Assembly (NCBI GenBank): GCA_021432655.1
Contig: MU271584.1
Location: 1 to 41,790, forward strand
From: Atractiella rhizophila
Taxonomy: Eukaryota
DNA length: 41,790 nucleotides
Direction: 5' to 3'
Notes under the pieces: model-generated
Told to the model about the DNA's origin: nothing
Seen by the model: only the letters and a program-made list of their open reading frames with translations
Databases searched by the model: none
In this document: one piece after another, positions 23,238 through 35,974 of the stretch
Layout: every line of letters starts with the position of its first letter
Numbering within the stretch: position 1 is the stretch's first letter
Made by a program: the position numbers and the translations under genes

Positions 23238-26200
23238 ATGTCAGGTAATATGGCCATTCCGACACCAGCGGAATGGAAATCCAAGCTACGCGAAGCACAG
23301 TCTATCGGCTCTCAAGCCATACAACACGAATCCGCAAAGTCCTACACCCTCGCCTTTCCCTTATACCTCCAAAGTGGCCAAACTTATCTCTACCTCATCC
23401 GTCACTTCTCTTCCAATCCCGACCCAGTAGGAATCACGAAGAAAGACCTACAGAACGCGAGTAAGAGGGTGTTAGAGAGAGCTGAGAAGATCAAGGTATG
23501 GACGAAGGCTGGAGACGACAGGAAAGATGGCAGAGCGGTGGATAGAGCCAAGGGGTGGAGGTTACGGTCTGGTCAGTTTTTCACCCCTTGCCATCGCAGG
23601 TGAATTAATAGCTCGTTAATGCAATGTTCACACAGAGTCTCAGTCTGCGGTCCTACATGCATCGTCTAGAATCAACGGCGTCTTATATCCACCCATCGCC
23701 CATTCCTCCACTTCGCCTTCTCAAGCGTCGAGTTCGAATCTCTCCCAGCCCCTTCTGTCTGATCTTCAAATGTCCTACAACGCCACCTTCCGCCGTCCTA
23801 AGGAAGCTTTAGAAGACGTGCTGATGTTTAGGACCGATGTGAGCCCTGAAGATTTGGAGCAAGATCTTGTCGGCGATTGCAGTCTGGTCAGCGGTCTAGC
23901 GGGATGTTTGAAGATGAGCACCAAGGTATAATGCCACACTGCGTTTGGTGACACCTTCATTGCTGAATTTAGTCATGAAACAGCTGGCTTTCACACCCCT
24001 ATTCCCTAAGGAAGACGGGTGCCCCACCATCTCCCCTGATGGAAGATACACTGTGCGACTCTTGGCAAATGGAGCTTATCGGGACGTACGTAGGTTCTGC
24101 CAATTGTTTCGTAGATGTTTGCTAAACTGATTGCATGCTTGGAAGTGATCAATGACGCTTTACCAGTTGCTGAGGACGGACGGCCACTGTTTCTGTCCAC
24201 AGCTGAGAGAGATCAGTTGTGGCCCGCACTAATTGAGAAGGGCGTGAGTCTCCTTCTTAAGGTCAGTATGCGTGACGCTGATGGTGTGGTTGATTGTAGT
24301 ATCTCAAGCTGAAGGGTGGCTACGGTTGGGCAGGATCGTTTGTCTCCCTCTCGTTGCTAGCTGCTCCATTTTCGATGACAAACCTAAACGGCATACAGAA
24401 ACTCTAGCATCGACATCTATGCACTTACGACGTGGATTCCGGAGCATATCCACGTCTCCTCTCCCTCTTTCAAGGCTTCCAAAACCTTCCTAATGCTCCT
24501 AACCTCATTCCAACAGCGGAAATGCATTATCAATCTCGGCACCACTTCCTCCACCTCCCATGCTTTCGAACAGCTAGTGGCTAACCACTCGTATGCTGTA
24601 ATGGATGTTTTCGAACGAGATGGAAGCAGAGAGTTGACCCTGTTGAATCCGTGGAAGAGCGAGGGAGCTCGTGCGTCCATCTTCTCTTTTGGCTCATACT
24701 GAATTAAATATTACCGATGAAAAGGTACATTGACCCTGAGCTGGGACGCGGTATGCGAGCATTTCGAATCTGTTTATCTGAACTGGGATCCATCCATATT
24801 TCCACACAGTACATCACTGCACACGTTTGTCTCTTCTCCCGTCTTCGCTGCCCTGAACCATTTGATAATATGATATGCAGAGCGATAAGAACGGATGACA
24901 CATCAAGTGACCGGTTATACCAACAATGCGCTTTCGAAATTTCTTTCGAGCAGACCAACTCAGAAAGCGAAAAGAGCAGAGCGGCGTGGAATAGAGAGGT
25001 TTGGATATTGATCTCACGACACCTCGAAGATGAGGACCACGGAGACCATTTCCTCTCCGCCTTGGTGTCAAGGCAGGGTTCCATTGTGGCTCAAGTAGGT
25101 TATGGCCATTCCTCTTTCCGAAGGATGTTTGATGCTGATGAATTGGAAGGCTGAGATGACCAACAGTCCTCACTTGCTCGTGCGAAGTTTATTCCAATTC
25201 CTTCGCTCCAGGAAAAGTTGCTGACACCATTCTGTATTAGTTAAAAGTTCCCTTCACATGTGCTGCGAAATTCGAAGTGACCATCCGCCGCCGCTCCGTC
25301 GCTGATGAGACGCGGTTGACGATGACTATTTACTCGCCCACACCTTGCACTCTGTCAGATGGTCCTGCTGCGTTACCATACACCCATCGGGTAGCTTCTC
25401 TCTTCCCTCACTCCTGATGACTATTAACAAAATAAGTAGGAAGAAGGTACCTGGTCTGGTCGCACCACAGGAGGAAATCACACATTCCCTACATATATGA
25501 ACAATCCTCAGTACCGTCTGTCATTCCCTTCAGCTGCCAAAACGGACAAGATACAACTCGACGTCTCTCTCGAGTGTGAGAGTGACATACCGATCAATTT
25601 TCAGCTGGTGAGATGTGAGCAGGAGAGGGTTACCTCGTCCGTCTTTTCTACTGCCCTCTTGCCACTGTTGATCGTATGTGAAGCATCGAGGAACGTGATC
25701 TCGTGCAAGGCTCAAGCGATCAATATAAATACAAACTTGTGTCTTCACGATCGAAAGACTTGCCTCGTAAGTCAACTTCCCAGCTATCATGCTTTGGCGA
25801 GAGACATGAATACCGCTTGCAGCCGAAGAATACTTCCTTGTCGCCTCTACTTTCCGACCTCAACAAGAAGCCGATTTCCGCCTCTTTTTAGAATGTTCTC
25901 ATCCTCTCAAGATCAATCAGGTCCCTCAAGAAGGTGCTGGAATGTTCAGCAGGCCATTTAAGTCTCGCTGGTCCGTTTTTCTCTCTGCAGATGTCCCTCG
26001 ATGGCAACGAAGCTGCAGGACGAAGGGACAGCGGCCGCGAATCCTACTCACAGCTCGCGAACCCACAAATCTCATGTAAGTTCCCACGGTGCAAGTTTAG
26101 ATCGCACTGAGATAGAAGCGTAGCATTCGACTCCAGCCTGAACCCAAGGAGGGTACCTTCCCTCCTTCGCGTGTGTCTTTGTTCAACCAGCAATCTGGCA

Positions 26201-26440
26201 ACATGGTTCCCTTCGCCACAAAGACCGTACCATTTTCTGACGCGGTTTGTGGCACGGTGGTTAAAGAGAGGGTATCGGCTGGAGGTACGCTGATCCACTC
26301 CGAGTCCAGGCATCGAACTTAACCCGAACATCGTAGATTTCCTCGTGGTTCCAGAGACCTACGAACAGACCTGGGAGGGAGATTTCACACTTCTCATCTA
26401 CAGTAATAAATCGGTACAATTACAGGAATTACATTCATGA
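23238..26440 (+). CDS. palB: Calpain-like protease PalB/Rim13 with N-terminal MIT-like domain
   Basis: MIT-like start (AFPLYLQSGQTYLYL..VLERAEKIK). Catalytic triad EQDLVGDCSLV (Cys), ANHSYAV (His), LLNPW (Asn). Also LWPALIEK and calpain domain III GGNHTFPTYMNNPQYRL; stop TGA at 26438-26440. Confidence 0.92.
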
Positions 26441-27159
26441 CACATTTTTCGAACAATAGTCAATATAACTAGTCAGATGTCGGTCCATCCAGGTCATCAC
26501 GTCAAGAATTGTAACAAAACCCTTCCTACAGGAGAAATGGTACTCTTTGGTGATGGTTTTTACAGGATCAAAAAATCAATCTTGCGCTCCGTCTGGTCGG
26601 AAACGGCGTGTATCCTGTATCTTCACGAAAAGAAGAGGACAAGGTGCCAATCCGGAATTAAGAAACGCGTTATATTGTCACAGGACTGATAAATACACCT
26701 GGTGTGGATATATATCAACACAGTCTATACTACGAGAGAATTACTCTCGAATGTGCTACAACAACGTGCCTTGCTTTGGCGGAGGGAAGCATTCTCTTTC
26801 CCCTCCACAACCTCATCTCCAGACCCGTTTTCTACTCAAAAAAAATAAATGGAAAAACAAACACCTTCGTCTTAGAGAGAGACGTAGAAAACAGTTTCCA
26901 TTTTTCACCCTCATAGCATAATAAATCGAACTAGTTAAAAACTTGATTCCATATCGTACCTAAGGTGCTCAACATTGATTTAGTTAGAGTAGCAGTTGGG
27001 CTGTGGTGGTGAAAAAAATTGAGCAACTCCCGGATCATTGTCCGGATCCACAATTCCGACCGACAGCCAAACATCGACAAGCATCTCCAGTCTGCACATA
27101 TAAACCAATAGATTCTATTCTACTTTTTAGCCCGTAGTGAGAGGAATTGGAAAGGAAAT

Positions 27160-27895
27160 ATGGGGAAACGCAAGAAGTCAGCACGTTCCAAAATGGGGGG
27201 GAAGAAAGCGCGAATGGCGCCGTTGGGTTCGTCTCGTCTTCCTCTCTCTTCAATGCATTGGCGGCACTTTCGCGGGTATGGGATTCATCGCTGACTTTCT
27301 TTTCATTTGCAATGGACAAAAGACAAATCCTTCCGTTGCCTCTTCTGCAACAACGCGTCCACCATTTCCTGTAAACTCGACAAGTCCTCCGGGATCGGGA
27401 CGCTGGTGTGCAGTTCCTGCAACCAGACCTTCAGCCACAAAATCAACCGTGAGCCTCTCCCCCTCCCTCCCCTCCCCACAAAACCAGACATCCCAGGGCG
27501 ACGACCGACGGGATGATTGACGGTTGGGCGTGGTGGGAGCAGACCTAAGCGAGCCCATCGACCTGTATTCGGACTGGATCGACGCGTGCGAAGCCGTGAA
27601 CGAGGACGACTACGCCCACCCCGTCTCTTCCTCCCGTCCTCTCCGCGCGTCTTCCTCCGCAACAGCGAGAGCAGGAGCGGGAGCAGCGACGGGTTCGAAG
27701 CGGCGGCGACACGTGGATGTCGATGATGAGCAGGATGACCTGCCTGAGCACGGTAGAGGTGGTGGGGGTGGAGGAAGAGGGGACGGTGGGAGCGCGAAGA
27801 GGAGGAGGGTGGAGGCGGAGCTGGATGATGATAATCTTCCGGATTTTGGGGGTGGTGAAGCGGCGGAAGTGGGAGGGGAGGAGGATGAGGAGTGA
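27160..27895 (+). CDS. ELF1: Transcription elongation factor Elf1 with acidic/Gly-rich C-terminal tail (3 exons)
   Basis: MGKRKKS.., zinc ribbon FRCLFCN...LVCSSC, and LSEPIDLYSDWIDACE after splicing two GT-AG introns. Confidence 0.95.
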
Positions 27896-28549
27896 GTTCT
27901 TGTGCATTGATTTTAGATGTGTATTTTAGGTTGGTTTTGACATGGTATGTCGTTCTACGTGTATTGCTGGGAATTGGTGAAGCATTGTCTTCTAGGGCTC
28001 TTATCATAGGATCCTTTAATGCGTCTTGAACATTTCTTTCTGCCCAAGGGAAGGCATTGTCGCAGTGCGAAAGGTTAGTTGGTTCTGAGAAGGGATACTG
28101 AATGTCAAGTAAATTGATGGTAATGGTACCCCATCCCTCATAAGTAAGCAAAGGCATCACCACAGCTGCCAAGTAAGGAAAGACTCCGACATCAACTGTT
28201 CTTCAAACGGAGAATGCTGTGCCACAACAGAGACTCGCTAGTATTCTCCAGAACCATAATTGATAATTGAGGACGTCCATCCCCTTCCTCAGCAACAGAC
28301 TCAACTTCCTCCTGCCCCACAAGATACGCCCCATCCTCCTTTGACGCGTAATGCGAGTAATACGAGTGCTAATCTCCGCCGGGCAAGTTCCCGCGTTCCC
28401 GCGATGGAGCTCGCATCCCCGCTCCCCACCCGCGCATGCGATGCGTGACCTCTCCGGCCGGCCCACACAGAAAAGAAGAAGGGCCTCAAATCTCCCTCGC
28501 ACAGCCACCATCCATCTCCCCATCATTTCCTTTGGCAGTGGCACTCGAG

Positions 28550-30015
28550 ATGGCATCGTTCGCCTTGACGGAGAATCATGCGCCGTGTTCCCTGCCGCTC
28601 ATCGAGGACTCGCTCAAGGCTTATGGCGCCGCCGCCGCCCCGCCTTTTCCTATCCACGTACGTCTCTTCAACCATGTCAGGGTCTTGGAGTCATTCTTCG
28701 TGTCAGGTTTGGGGACAGAAACCAAAGAGCGGGAATACCGCTGTCAGGACGGTGGGCGATCGAAGGCTGTATTGCGGTGCGTTTTGCTTGCCGTCTTCTT
28801 GTGTCTGAGTGACGCATTTGGCATGCAGATGCGTGCGGCAGTCCCAGGAAGAAGGCAGTGTGCGTCCCTTCCTCCTTCCCTTGTTCCGTTGGCTCAAGCA
28901 TTGACGTTTGTGCAGCGACGAATTCGGGGCTGAAATCCGCTGTCCCTTCCTCGTCGAAGTGACGTGCACATCCCTCTCTCCGGAGCTGTGGCAAGTGAGC
29001 TCGATCCAAAACACGCATTCGGACGCCTGTACCGCCTGGCTGCTCCTCCCACCCGAACTCGTTCGCTCCCTCCTCCTCTACCTCCATCCCACTAACTAAC
29101 GAGACATGCGTGCGATGTGAACAGCAAACGGCGCGAAACAACAAGAAGAAGCGCACCTCCACCTCCTCCCACGCCCACGGCTCGCCCGAACGCTCCACCC
29201 AACGCAAGAAACCGAACCCGTCCGCCCTCTCCGCCTCCTCCTCTTCCGTCGCCGCTGCTGCTGCCGGCTCAAAGAAGGAGATTCCAAAGATCCACTCGTC
29301 CGAAAACACCTCTGCGCCCACGGTTTGGATACCCTCCAAACACCGCGAACCTCCAGCCGCCTCGTCCAATCCGGCAGCCTCGCCGCGATCGAATTCTCTC
29401 CCTCTCATTCATGTTTCCCCTGGGGAACCTAATGGTGTCCTTGACGTGGGAGGAGGAGGCGGAGGAGGGGAAATCAGGACGCTCCACATTGGCCCACCCA
29501 CGCGTTCCCCCGCGTCTCGTCACATCGTCCCCCCCACAACGACAACGAGCACAACAATCACGCGTCCAAAGTCCAAAAAACGCAAGCGCGCCCCCACGCC
29601 CCCGATCCAGAGCACCACGGCTCGCCCTCCTCCTCCGGCGGCGTCTCCTCGCCGCGCTCCGACTTCTTCCCGCCCCCCCACCGTGGCCCTGAACACGACC
29701 GAGAGCGAGCTGCTCTCCTTCCTCCAGTCCGCCCTGCCCTCCGTCGTCACCGTCGGGAACCAGCCGCTGGTGTCCATCGTCCGCGCGCTCGTGAAGAGGT
29801 GTGGATGGTCCGCGGGAGGGTTGGTGGAGGTCGCGGAGGATGAGAGGGCGTTGAAGGAGCTGTGGGAGAGGACGGTGGAGAGGTTGTGGCCTGGGGAGGA
29901 GGGGAGGAGGGGAGGCTTTAATCCGATGCAGATCACGATGGTTAATAGGGCGTTGAGGAGGAGGAGGGAGGAGAGGAAGGCGAGAGAGATGGAGGGTAGG
30001 ATCGCTATTGATTGA
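28550..30015 (+). CDS. Hypothetical nuclear protein with N-terminal MULE/FAR1/WRKY-GCM1-like zinc module, disordered middle and helical C-terminal domain
   Basis: Spliced exons give AVLRC..RCPFLVEVTCTSLSPELWQVSSIQNTHSDAC. NLS-like KKKR and KSKKRKR. Long final exon 29110-30015. Start codon uncertain. Confidence 0.6.
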
Positions 30016-30639
30016 TCGGATTTACTATATGCTTTATGGGAAGGGTGAAGATGGGTAGGACGAGGTTATTTAGGATTGTGAGCTATGTATTCTTTGGCAA
30101 ATGATACTTAACGGAGTGAGTTGGTGTGATGTGATTGACAGCAATATTTACACTAATCTGTATGTGTTCTCAAATCCTCTTGCAATCGATTATCTTTCAG
30201 GATCATCACTATCCTCCTGGCTTTCGTCACATCATTCCTTTCTCAGACCAGTTGCCCTCAGACAAGCTGTCCATCTATTAGTTTGCCAGATACGGCATTG
30301 GCGCACACGATGACAGACGCGACCGCAGTCAAGATGGAACGGAACGAGGAACAAACAACCAGAAACCACGACTACTTGTCCCCACATCCATATCGTCACC
30401 TCTACTGGATACTATGTACAGCTCAGCGTGGAGAGGACGTCAACATCAGGCATATAAAGTGTAGAAATGTGAAGACGGAGCGGGAAACTTGATTCCCTCG
30501 CATAACACTAACGCCGTGAGCTTTCGGTTTTATAATGGACAGTTCCCACGGTTGTATACCTAACTTGAATGCTAGCTAGCAGGATTATCACGAGGCATGA
30601 GGTCGAACTCCCCTACAAACAAGAGACGAGCCTTTCTCC

Positions 30640-31640
30640 GAAAGCGAAGCCCAAAGGGATTCCGATTTCGGCCCTGTCAGATTGCAAAAGGGTATGCGAA
30701 AGAAGGGCGGGTTGAGGACATTGCTCGACTGTGTTGTCGTCCAAGAAGTGACAAGGTCATGTGAATCCTCCTTCGTTCACCCTCCTTCCGAGTCTGTTAT
30801 TGTTGAAATAAGTCAGAGATGTAAAACCTGGTAAAGGTGCAAATTCGGCGTCCAGCTCCAACTTGTGAGCGTCAACCCGTCCTCTGGCAAGTGTTCGACG
30901 TCGTACACAACCACTCGTTGGATTGTAAAGTGGAGGCACGAGCTTCATCGCGACTTCTCTCCTCCCAACCGATTTTCTTGCTCAGTTGTCCCTTGGGCAC
31001 ATCCTCAGGCTGGTAGAACGAACGCTCTCTTTGTACTCGAAGCAATGGTGTGCAGGGCGATATTCAGGGAATAGGCACTTTCCAACCTCCTCGGGTACTT
31101 CCAAATAGATTGCTCCAAGCCGCATCATCTCCTACTGCTTCGACTGTCGATGACGATGGCGATGACCATGCCGCTGTGTTCATACCTAGAGATAAAATGC
31201 TATCTTTGGAGCGAGACCACACTCAGCCTCCCAAATCCTCTGCCCAGCTTGCTCTAACTCCATGACCATTACCGGTCCAGCAATGCTCGCCACTCCGCAA
31301 ACGGAGTTGGATACGGATCTCGGACAGGACACCGTTAGGGGAGGAGATGCTGATCTGAACCTGTCATTGGAGCCGAAGCGAGAAGATCAGAGATAATCAA
31401 TCAAGATCGAAAGCCACCAGGAAGAGGGTGGAAAAGAAGAATCCATACAATAGTTCTTGAAGCCTGCTTTAGAACAGAAGCGTTGCGAAATTATTTCAAT
31501 CGCTATGGAGCCGAAAGAGAGGAACATCAATCAGCGTAGACATCTCACAACGCTGATCCAGAGAGAGAGATCCGACTTTGTCGAGGGAAAGTTCCACTCT
31601 CTAGGGGTAGATGATGCTCGTGCAATGTTGAACAGTTAAA
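30640..31640 (+). pseudogene. Decayed tandem paralog of the 28550-30015 gene
   Basis: RCKTW*RCKFGVQLQLVSVNP-[frameshift ~30880]-LWQVFDVVHNHSLDC aligns with RCPFLVEVTCTSLSPELWQVSSIQNTHSDAC. EESIQ*FLKPAL (TAG 31451) aligns with ESELLSFLQSAL. Confidence 0.65.
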
Positions 31641-32162
31641 GGACGAGGTGAAGACGGAGAGGCCTCTGTGTAAATGGTGGAAATATGGAATATCAGTTGA
31701 AAGGGATCATATTGTATCTCAAAGCTACTTTTCTGCTTCTGCGATCTGTAGACGGGAAGCATACTGTAAGCCTTGGTATGTATCTGGTTAGTTCTTGTGT
31801 GAACAGGTTATGACAAACCCACCTGCGTTAAAACTTACAAGCATTATCTGTGATCCCGAACCAACGAAGATATCTGCATCTGGTCCAAATCGCAATCCCT
31901 TGTCTTCGTCGCAATCTCTTATCTTCGTCGTCCAGAGGCTCTGTATCCCTTTACATGAATGTCCATGAATAGGGCTGCGGCGATCATGTAGCTCATCCAC
32001 TACTTGGAAGATATACGTATTAAACAAAATTGGAATTCCTTGATTATTCGAGTATAACCAAAGGGTATGAAACCTCTTGATAGTACGTGATGCTCAACAG
32101 TTCACTGCTCAAAGTAAATGCAGCCAAAATGCAACTAGGAAGGATAAAAACAAATATTTACA

Positions 32163-32786
32163 CTACACATCTCGAGGCGTGATTGTAAGATTCTTCATCG
32201 CACTACTGAGAATGATATGCTCGATAGGTGTACCTGGAGGAGCGTCTCGCGATTCTGGAACGGGTTCTGTTGGCACCAGGGAAGAAGGGTGAGAGCCATG
32301 ATGTGATCCCAAGTGTGAATGGTGGCTTGAGAGACCCCTGTCGCTTCCCCCTGTTTGCACGGCTGCTTCTTGATCCCCACCTCCAGAATTCCCACTTGCC
32401 CTTTGGAAGACTAGCTTTAATTGCTGTTCTAGATTTTCCATTCGTCCGTTGAGTTGGGAGTTGTTCTCTTTCAGCGTATCAACTTCCACCCTGAGCTTGT
32501 CTCCTTCAGCCCGGAGCTTGTCGCCTTCAGCCCTGAGTTTGTCTCCTTCAACCCGTAGCTGGTCACCTTCACTCCTGAGCGTAACGACTTCAGCCCTGAG
32601 TTTGTCGCCTTCAACCAGTAGCTTGTCGCCTTTGGTCGTGAGCGTAACGACTTCAGCCCTGAGCGTGACAACTTCATTCTCGAGGACGTTCACTCGTTCC
32701 CTAAGGACCGTGTTTTCTTTCCTGAGGGAGACATCTTCGGATGGCAGTGTTTGTAGCTGATCCACAGGAGATGGTGACCTCGACAT
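32163..32786 (-). CDS. Coiled-coil protein built from heptad repeats (EVVTLRx / EGDKLRx)
   Basis: 207-aa ATG-initiated ORF with a perfect heptad Leu register; further 3' exons are possible but unresolved. Confidence 0.6.
   Translation of the reverse strand: MSRSPSPVDQLQTLPSEDVSLRKENTVLRERVNVLENEVVTLRAEVVTLTTKGDKLLVEGDKLRAEVVTLRSEGDQLRVEGDKLRAEGDKLRAEGDKLRVEVDTLKENNSQLNGRMENLEQQLKLVFQRASGNSGGGDQEAAVQTGGSDRGLSSHHSHLGSHHGSHPSSLVPTEPVPESRDAPPGTPIEHIILSSAMKNLTITPRDV
32476..32680 (-). repeat. 21-bp coding minisatellite (about 9 units)
   Basis: Repeated cttcagccctgag/ccttcaacc units at 21-bp spacing; gagcgtaacgacttcagccctgag recurs at 32577 and 32640 (63-bp higher-order period). Confidence 0.85.
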
Positions 32787-33553
32787 GACCGTGGGGATGA
32801 TGAAGATATTGCCTGACGAGAGAGATGGAGCTGCTCGATGGGAGGCTGTTGCAGGACAACAGAGGGTTTGGATACTACGTGATCGGTAGCGCTAGCTGAG
32901 CATCATATTTGAGATCAGCATGCTTCTATTGCTCAAACGGCCAGTCGCCACCAACTTGCCCTGCTATTCACCATAAGCCTTGAGAACACTTACCTTGAGC
33001 TCGTTCTCTTATGTCCTCAACCCCGCGCAACTTCAGCGCTTCAGCTTCCACGCTGCTTTGAAAGCAGCTTGGTGGAATGTGTCTGGTCCCAATAGGTGCT
33101 GCCCTGGAACAAGGGAAGATGCCTGAGGGGCCAGGGCAAGGGGCAATTCCCTTCACGTGATCTATCATGCTCTCGCTTCTCCTGTGTAGAAAATTGGGTT
33201 CCATGGCTGGAAAGAAACTGGACACCGTCTTCTAGCTTTTACGCGAGTGCTCAGGTTTATCTTAAAGAAATTGTTGCAACGGTCGGTGCGTCTTTTCTCT
33301 CTGGTTGCGTCTGGCACCTTGGTGCAAGGTTGTTCAAGTCGAGCTCGTTGAGCTCAGCACTATTTTGCCAAGGGGAAACACGCTGCGTGGGACATTGATT
33401 TAACGACCGTGGTCCAACTCTGGTGTTCCCTGCCTTGAAAGCTTTAGGTCATTTTATCTACTGTGTCTAGTAGCCTTTAGCTTTGGAAGGAACTCTTCCT
33501 TTGCAAACAAAAAAATGATGCAAACCTTTGTACGACATACAGCAAGTTGATTT

Positions 33554-35974
33554 TCAATCGTGTTTGAGGATTATTGCCTTCACCTTTTTATCGAGTAAGT
33601 CTTGTGGAAAATTACCAACAGCGCAGAGACAAACCTCAGTCCAAACTTCCAAAGCTAAACAATTATCAGACGAATAATCAATAAATAAAGAAGATGTGAA
33701 ACGCACCTTGTGCACTCTTCTCCCTCCCAACGCCGCTTGACTTCCAGCCTCCGAACGGCATATCCTGTGCACTAAACACAAACAATACGTGAAAATGAAA
33801 TCTGAACGAAGCAGGGAAAGGCGAACTGCATCGGGGAATTCGTATTGATGGCTACAGACCCAGCTTCCAAAGCTTTCGCAACCCGCATGGCCCGGTCGAT
33901 CTATTTTTCCTTCACTTTAACGACCGCTCCTTACAACATGGTCCACCTACGTCTTTTGTGAATACGGCTGCATAGAGACCGTCTAGTAAAGTTGTGAGCG
34001 AGGTGGGAGAAAATTCTGGTGTGGTTTACATTCAGTATCATTTGCACGTTCGATGGCCTCCTCTTCCGTTTTACTGCATTTGCTTCAGCATGTGAACCTT
34101 CAACGAGGCAGCGGAGGACAAACAAGGTATGGAAAACCAGCACCGGTCCGAATATCTGTTTGTTGTTGTTAGTTTCGCCGCTCAATCCAAAGTGAATTCA
34201 CTTACTTCCTCTATCGGTGATGTGAGTACATTGAGTTCCAGCTCTTTGGCACTTTAAACCACTTACCTTTATTGATTCTAGAAGTTTCCGCAGCCTCAGT
34301 GAAGATTGTAGGCTGGAAGAAGTGCCCTTTCAGTCCTTCGACACGCTCGCCTCCCAAAACAACTTTTGCTTCTTTCTTCCTGTTCACATAGTCAGTGCAT
34401 ACAAAGAAGAGAGCTTCCTCTAAGCACACCCAATATCAAGATAAGATGCCACAGTGCGGCCTTGGATATCGTCTGCCATTGGTCTAGATAACTTCGAGCT
34501 CAGAACGTGACAGAGAACAAGGACAGAACAGACCCCATCGTCGTCGAGGAGTCCAAAGGGTCACCGTGCTTTACGTTAGAAAAGCTTTTCTTGTACTTCT
34601 CGAGAAACCTCTCGGCTACTGTTTCTTGAACATACAGGCGCGTCGAGGCCATACAAATCTGTCCGCTATTACGACACAGACGCCATCAACTATGCTCAGA
34701 CAATTTCAAGAGAAGCATACGCGTTGATTTGAAGCGAGAACACGCTGGAAGCGACCGCCTTTTCCAGGTCCGCATCTTCGAAGACAATTGTAGGTGACTT
34801 CCCTCCCTATTTGTTCGGTATTTGATGATCGTCAACATACCAATCTGGGCAAGAAGAGTAAACACGCACAAGTTCCAGGGTAACATTCTTCAAGTTCGAA
34901 TCAGCAGCCGCTTTCTGTATCAGCCTCCCCGTCCTCGTGCTATAGTACCATCAAATGATTATTCAACTTGGAGTGTTCGTGAAGCGAATGGAAGTTTAGA
35001 CCTTCCAGTGAACGCAATTTTGCGAATCTCCATATGCTCTGCAAGGATTTTGCCAGTGTCACCTGTACGACCCATGTTACCATCTCACTTTATTGGAACC
35101 AGCATAGTACAAAAGCGAACCTGCTCCTGAAACGACATTGATCAACCCATCAGGGAATCCAGCTTCTTTCGTGAGGGAAGCCAAGTGGATCGACGTGAGA
35201 GGTGCCTAGCCAGGCACGAACGGCATGAGTATCATCCCAATGAGACCGGAGGATCCATACCTTCTCACTGCTCTTGAGAATGATGGCATTGCCAGCGGCG
35301 ACAGCTGGCGCGATCTTGAGACAAGCCATAATGATGGGTACATTCCAAGGGATGATTCCAGCAACCACTCCAAAAGGCTGACGGATGCTGAAGTTCAGGT
35401 GTCCTGGGGTATTGAGGGATGTTGTTCCTCCGAGTGATTCTCCCAGACCCTTCACTTCATGAGTAGGTAGAAGAGTTGAGGAAGGAGGCCGTACAGCAAA
35501 GTACTCGAAGTGCCTTGCACCAGACTGTACATCATTCCCGTATCCAGAAATTGGGCGACCCATGCTCTGAGCCTCAAGCCAGGCGAGCTTTTCACCTATC
35601 GTAGATCCAACTCAGGGCTTGCGCTCAAAGCAGAAGGAAAGGCACACCTTCCTTTCGTAGCAGATCAGCCATCTTCTTCATCACTGCAGATCTTGCTGCA
35701 GCAGATAACGCTGCCCATCCCTTCTGAGCTTTCTTTGCACACGAAACCGCGTAGTCGATGTCTTCTTGATTCGCAGACGGAAGTTTGCACACCAAGGTTT
35801 CAGTCGCTGTCACCCACCACGATTAGCCGAAGGTATGGCTTGAGGAGACAGCAGGCAAGTTTATTCAGGAGAAAGGAATAATTCACCTGGGTTGTATAGA
35901 TCAAACGTCTTTCCTCCCTTTGAATCTACAAACTGGCCGTTGATCCAAAGCCTCGTTTCAATGTTATGGCTCAT
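33554..35974 (-). CDS. NAD(P)+-dependent aldehyde dehydrogenase, many exons
   Basis: Motifs ETRLWINGQFV..FDLYNP, QPFGVVAGIIPWNVP, KIAPAVAAGNAIILKSSEK, IAFTGS, catalytic LELGGKSP and NAGQICMA, EIFGPV, and MPFGGWKSSGVGRE. Ends VKAIILKHD*. Confidence 0.95.

Noticed and set aside
26545..26625. snR30/U17 candidate (minus-strand AAACCAT next to a stem)
   Set aside because: The m1 motif AUAUUCC and a correctly spaced ACA box are missing.
27303..29936. Long minus-strand ORFs over ELF1 and the zinc-module gene
   Set aside because: Antisense artefacts of GC-rich coding sequence.
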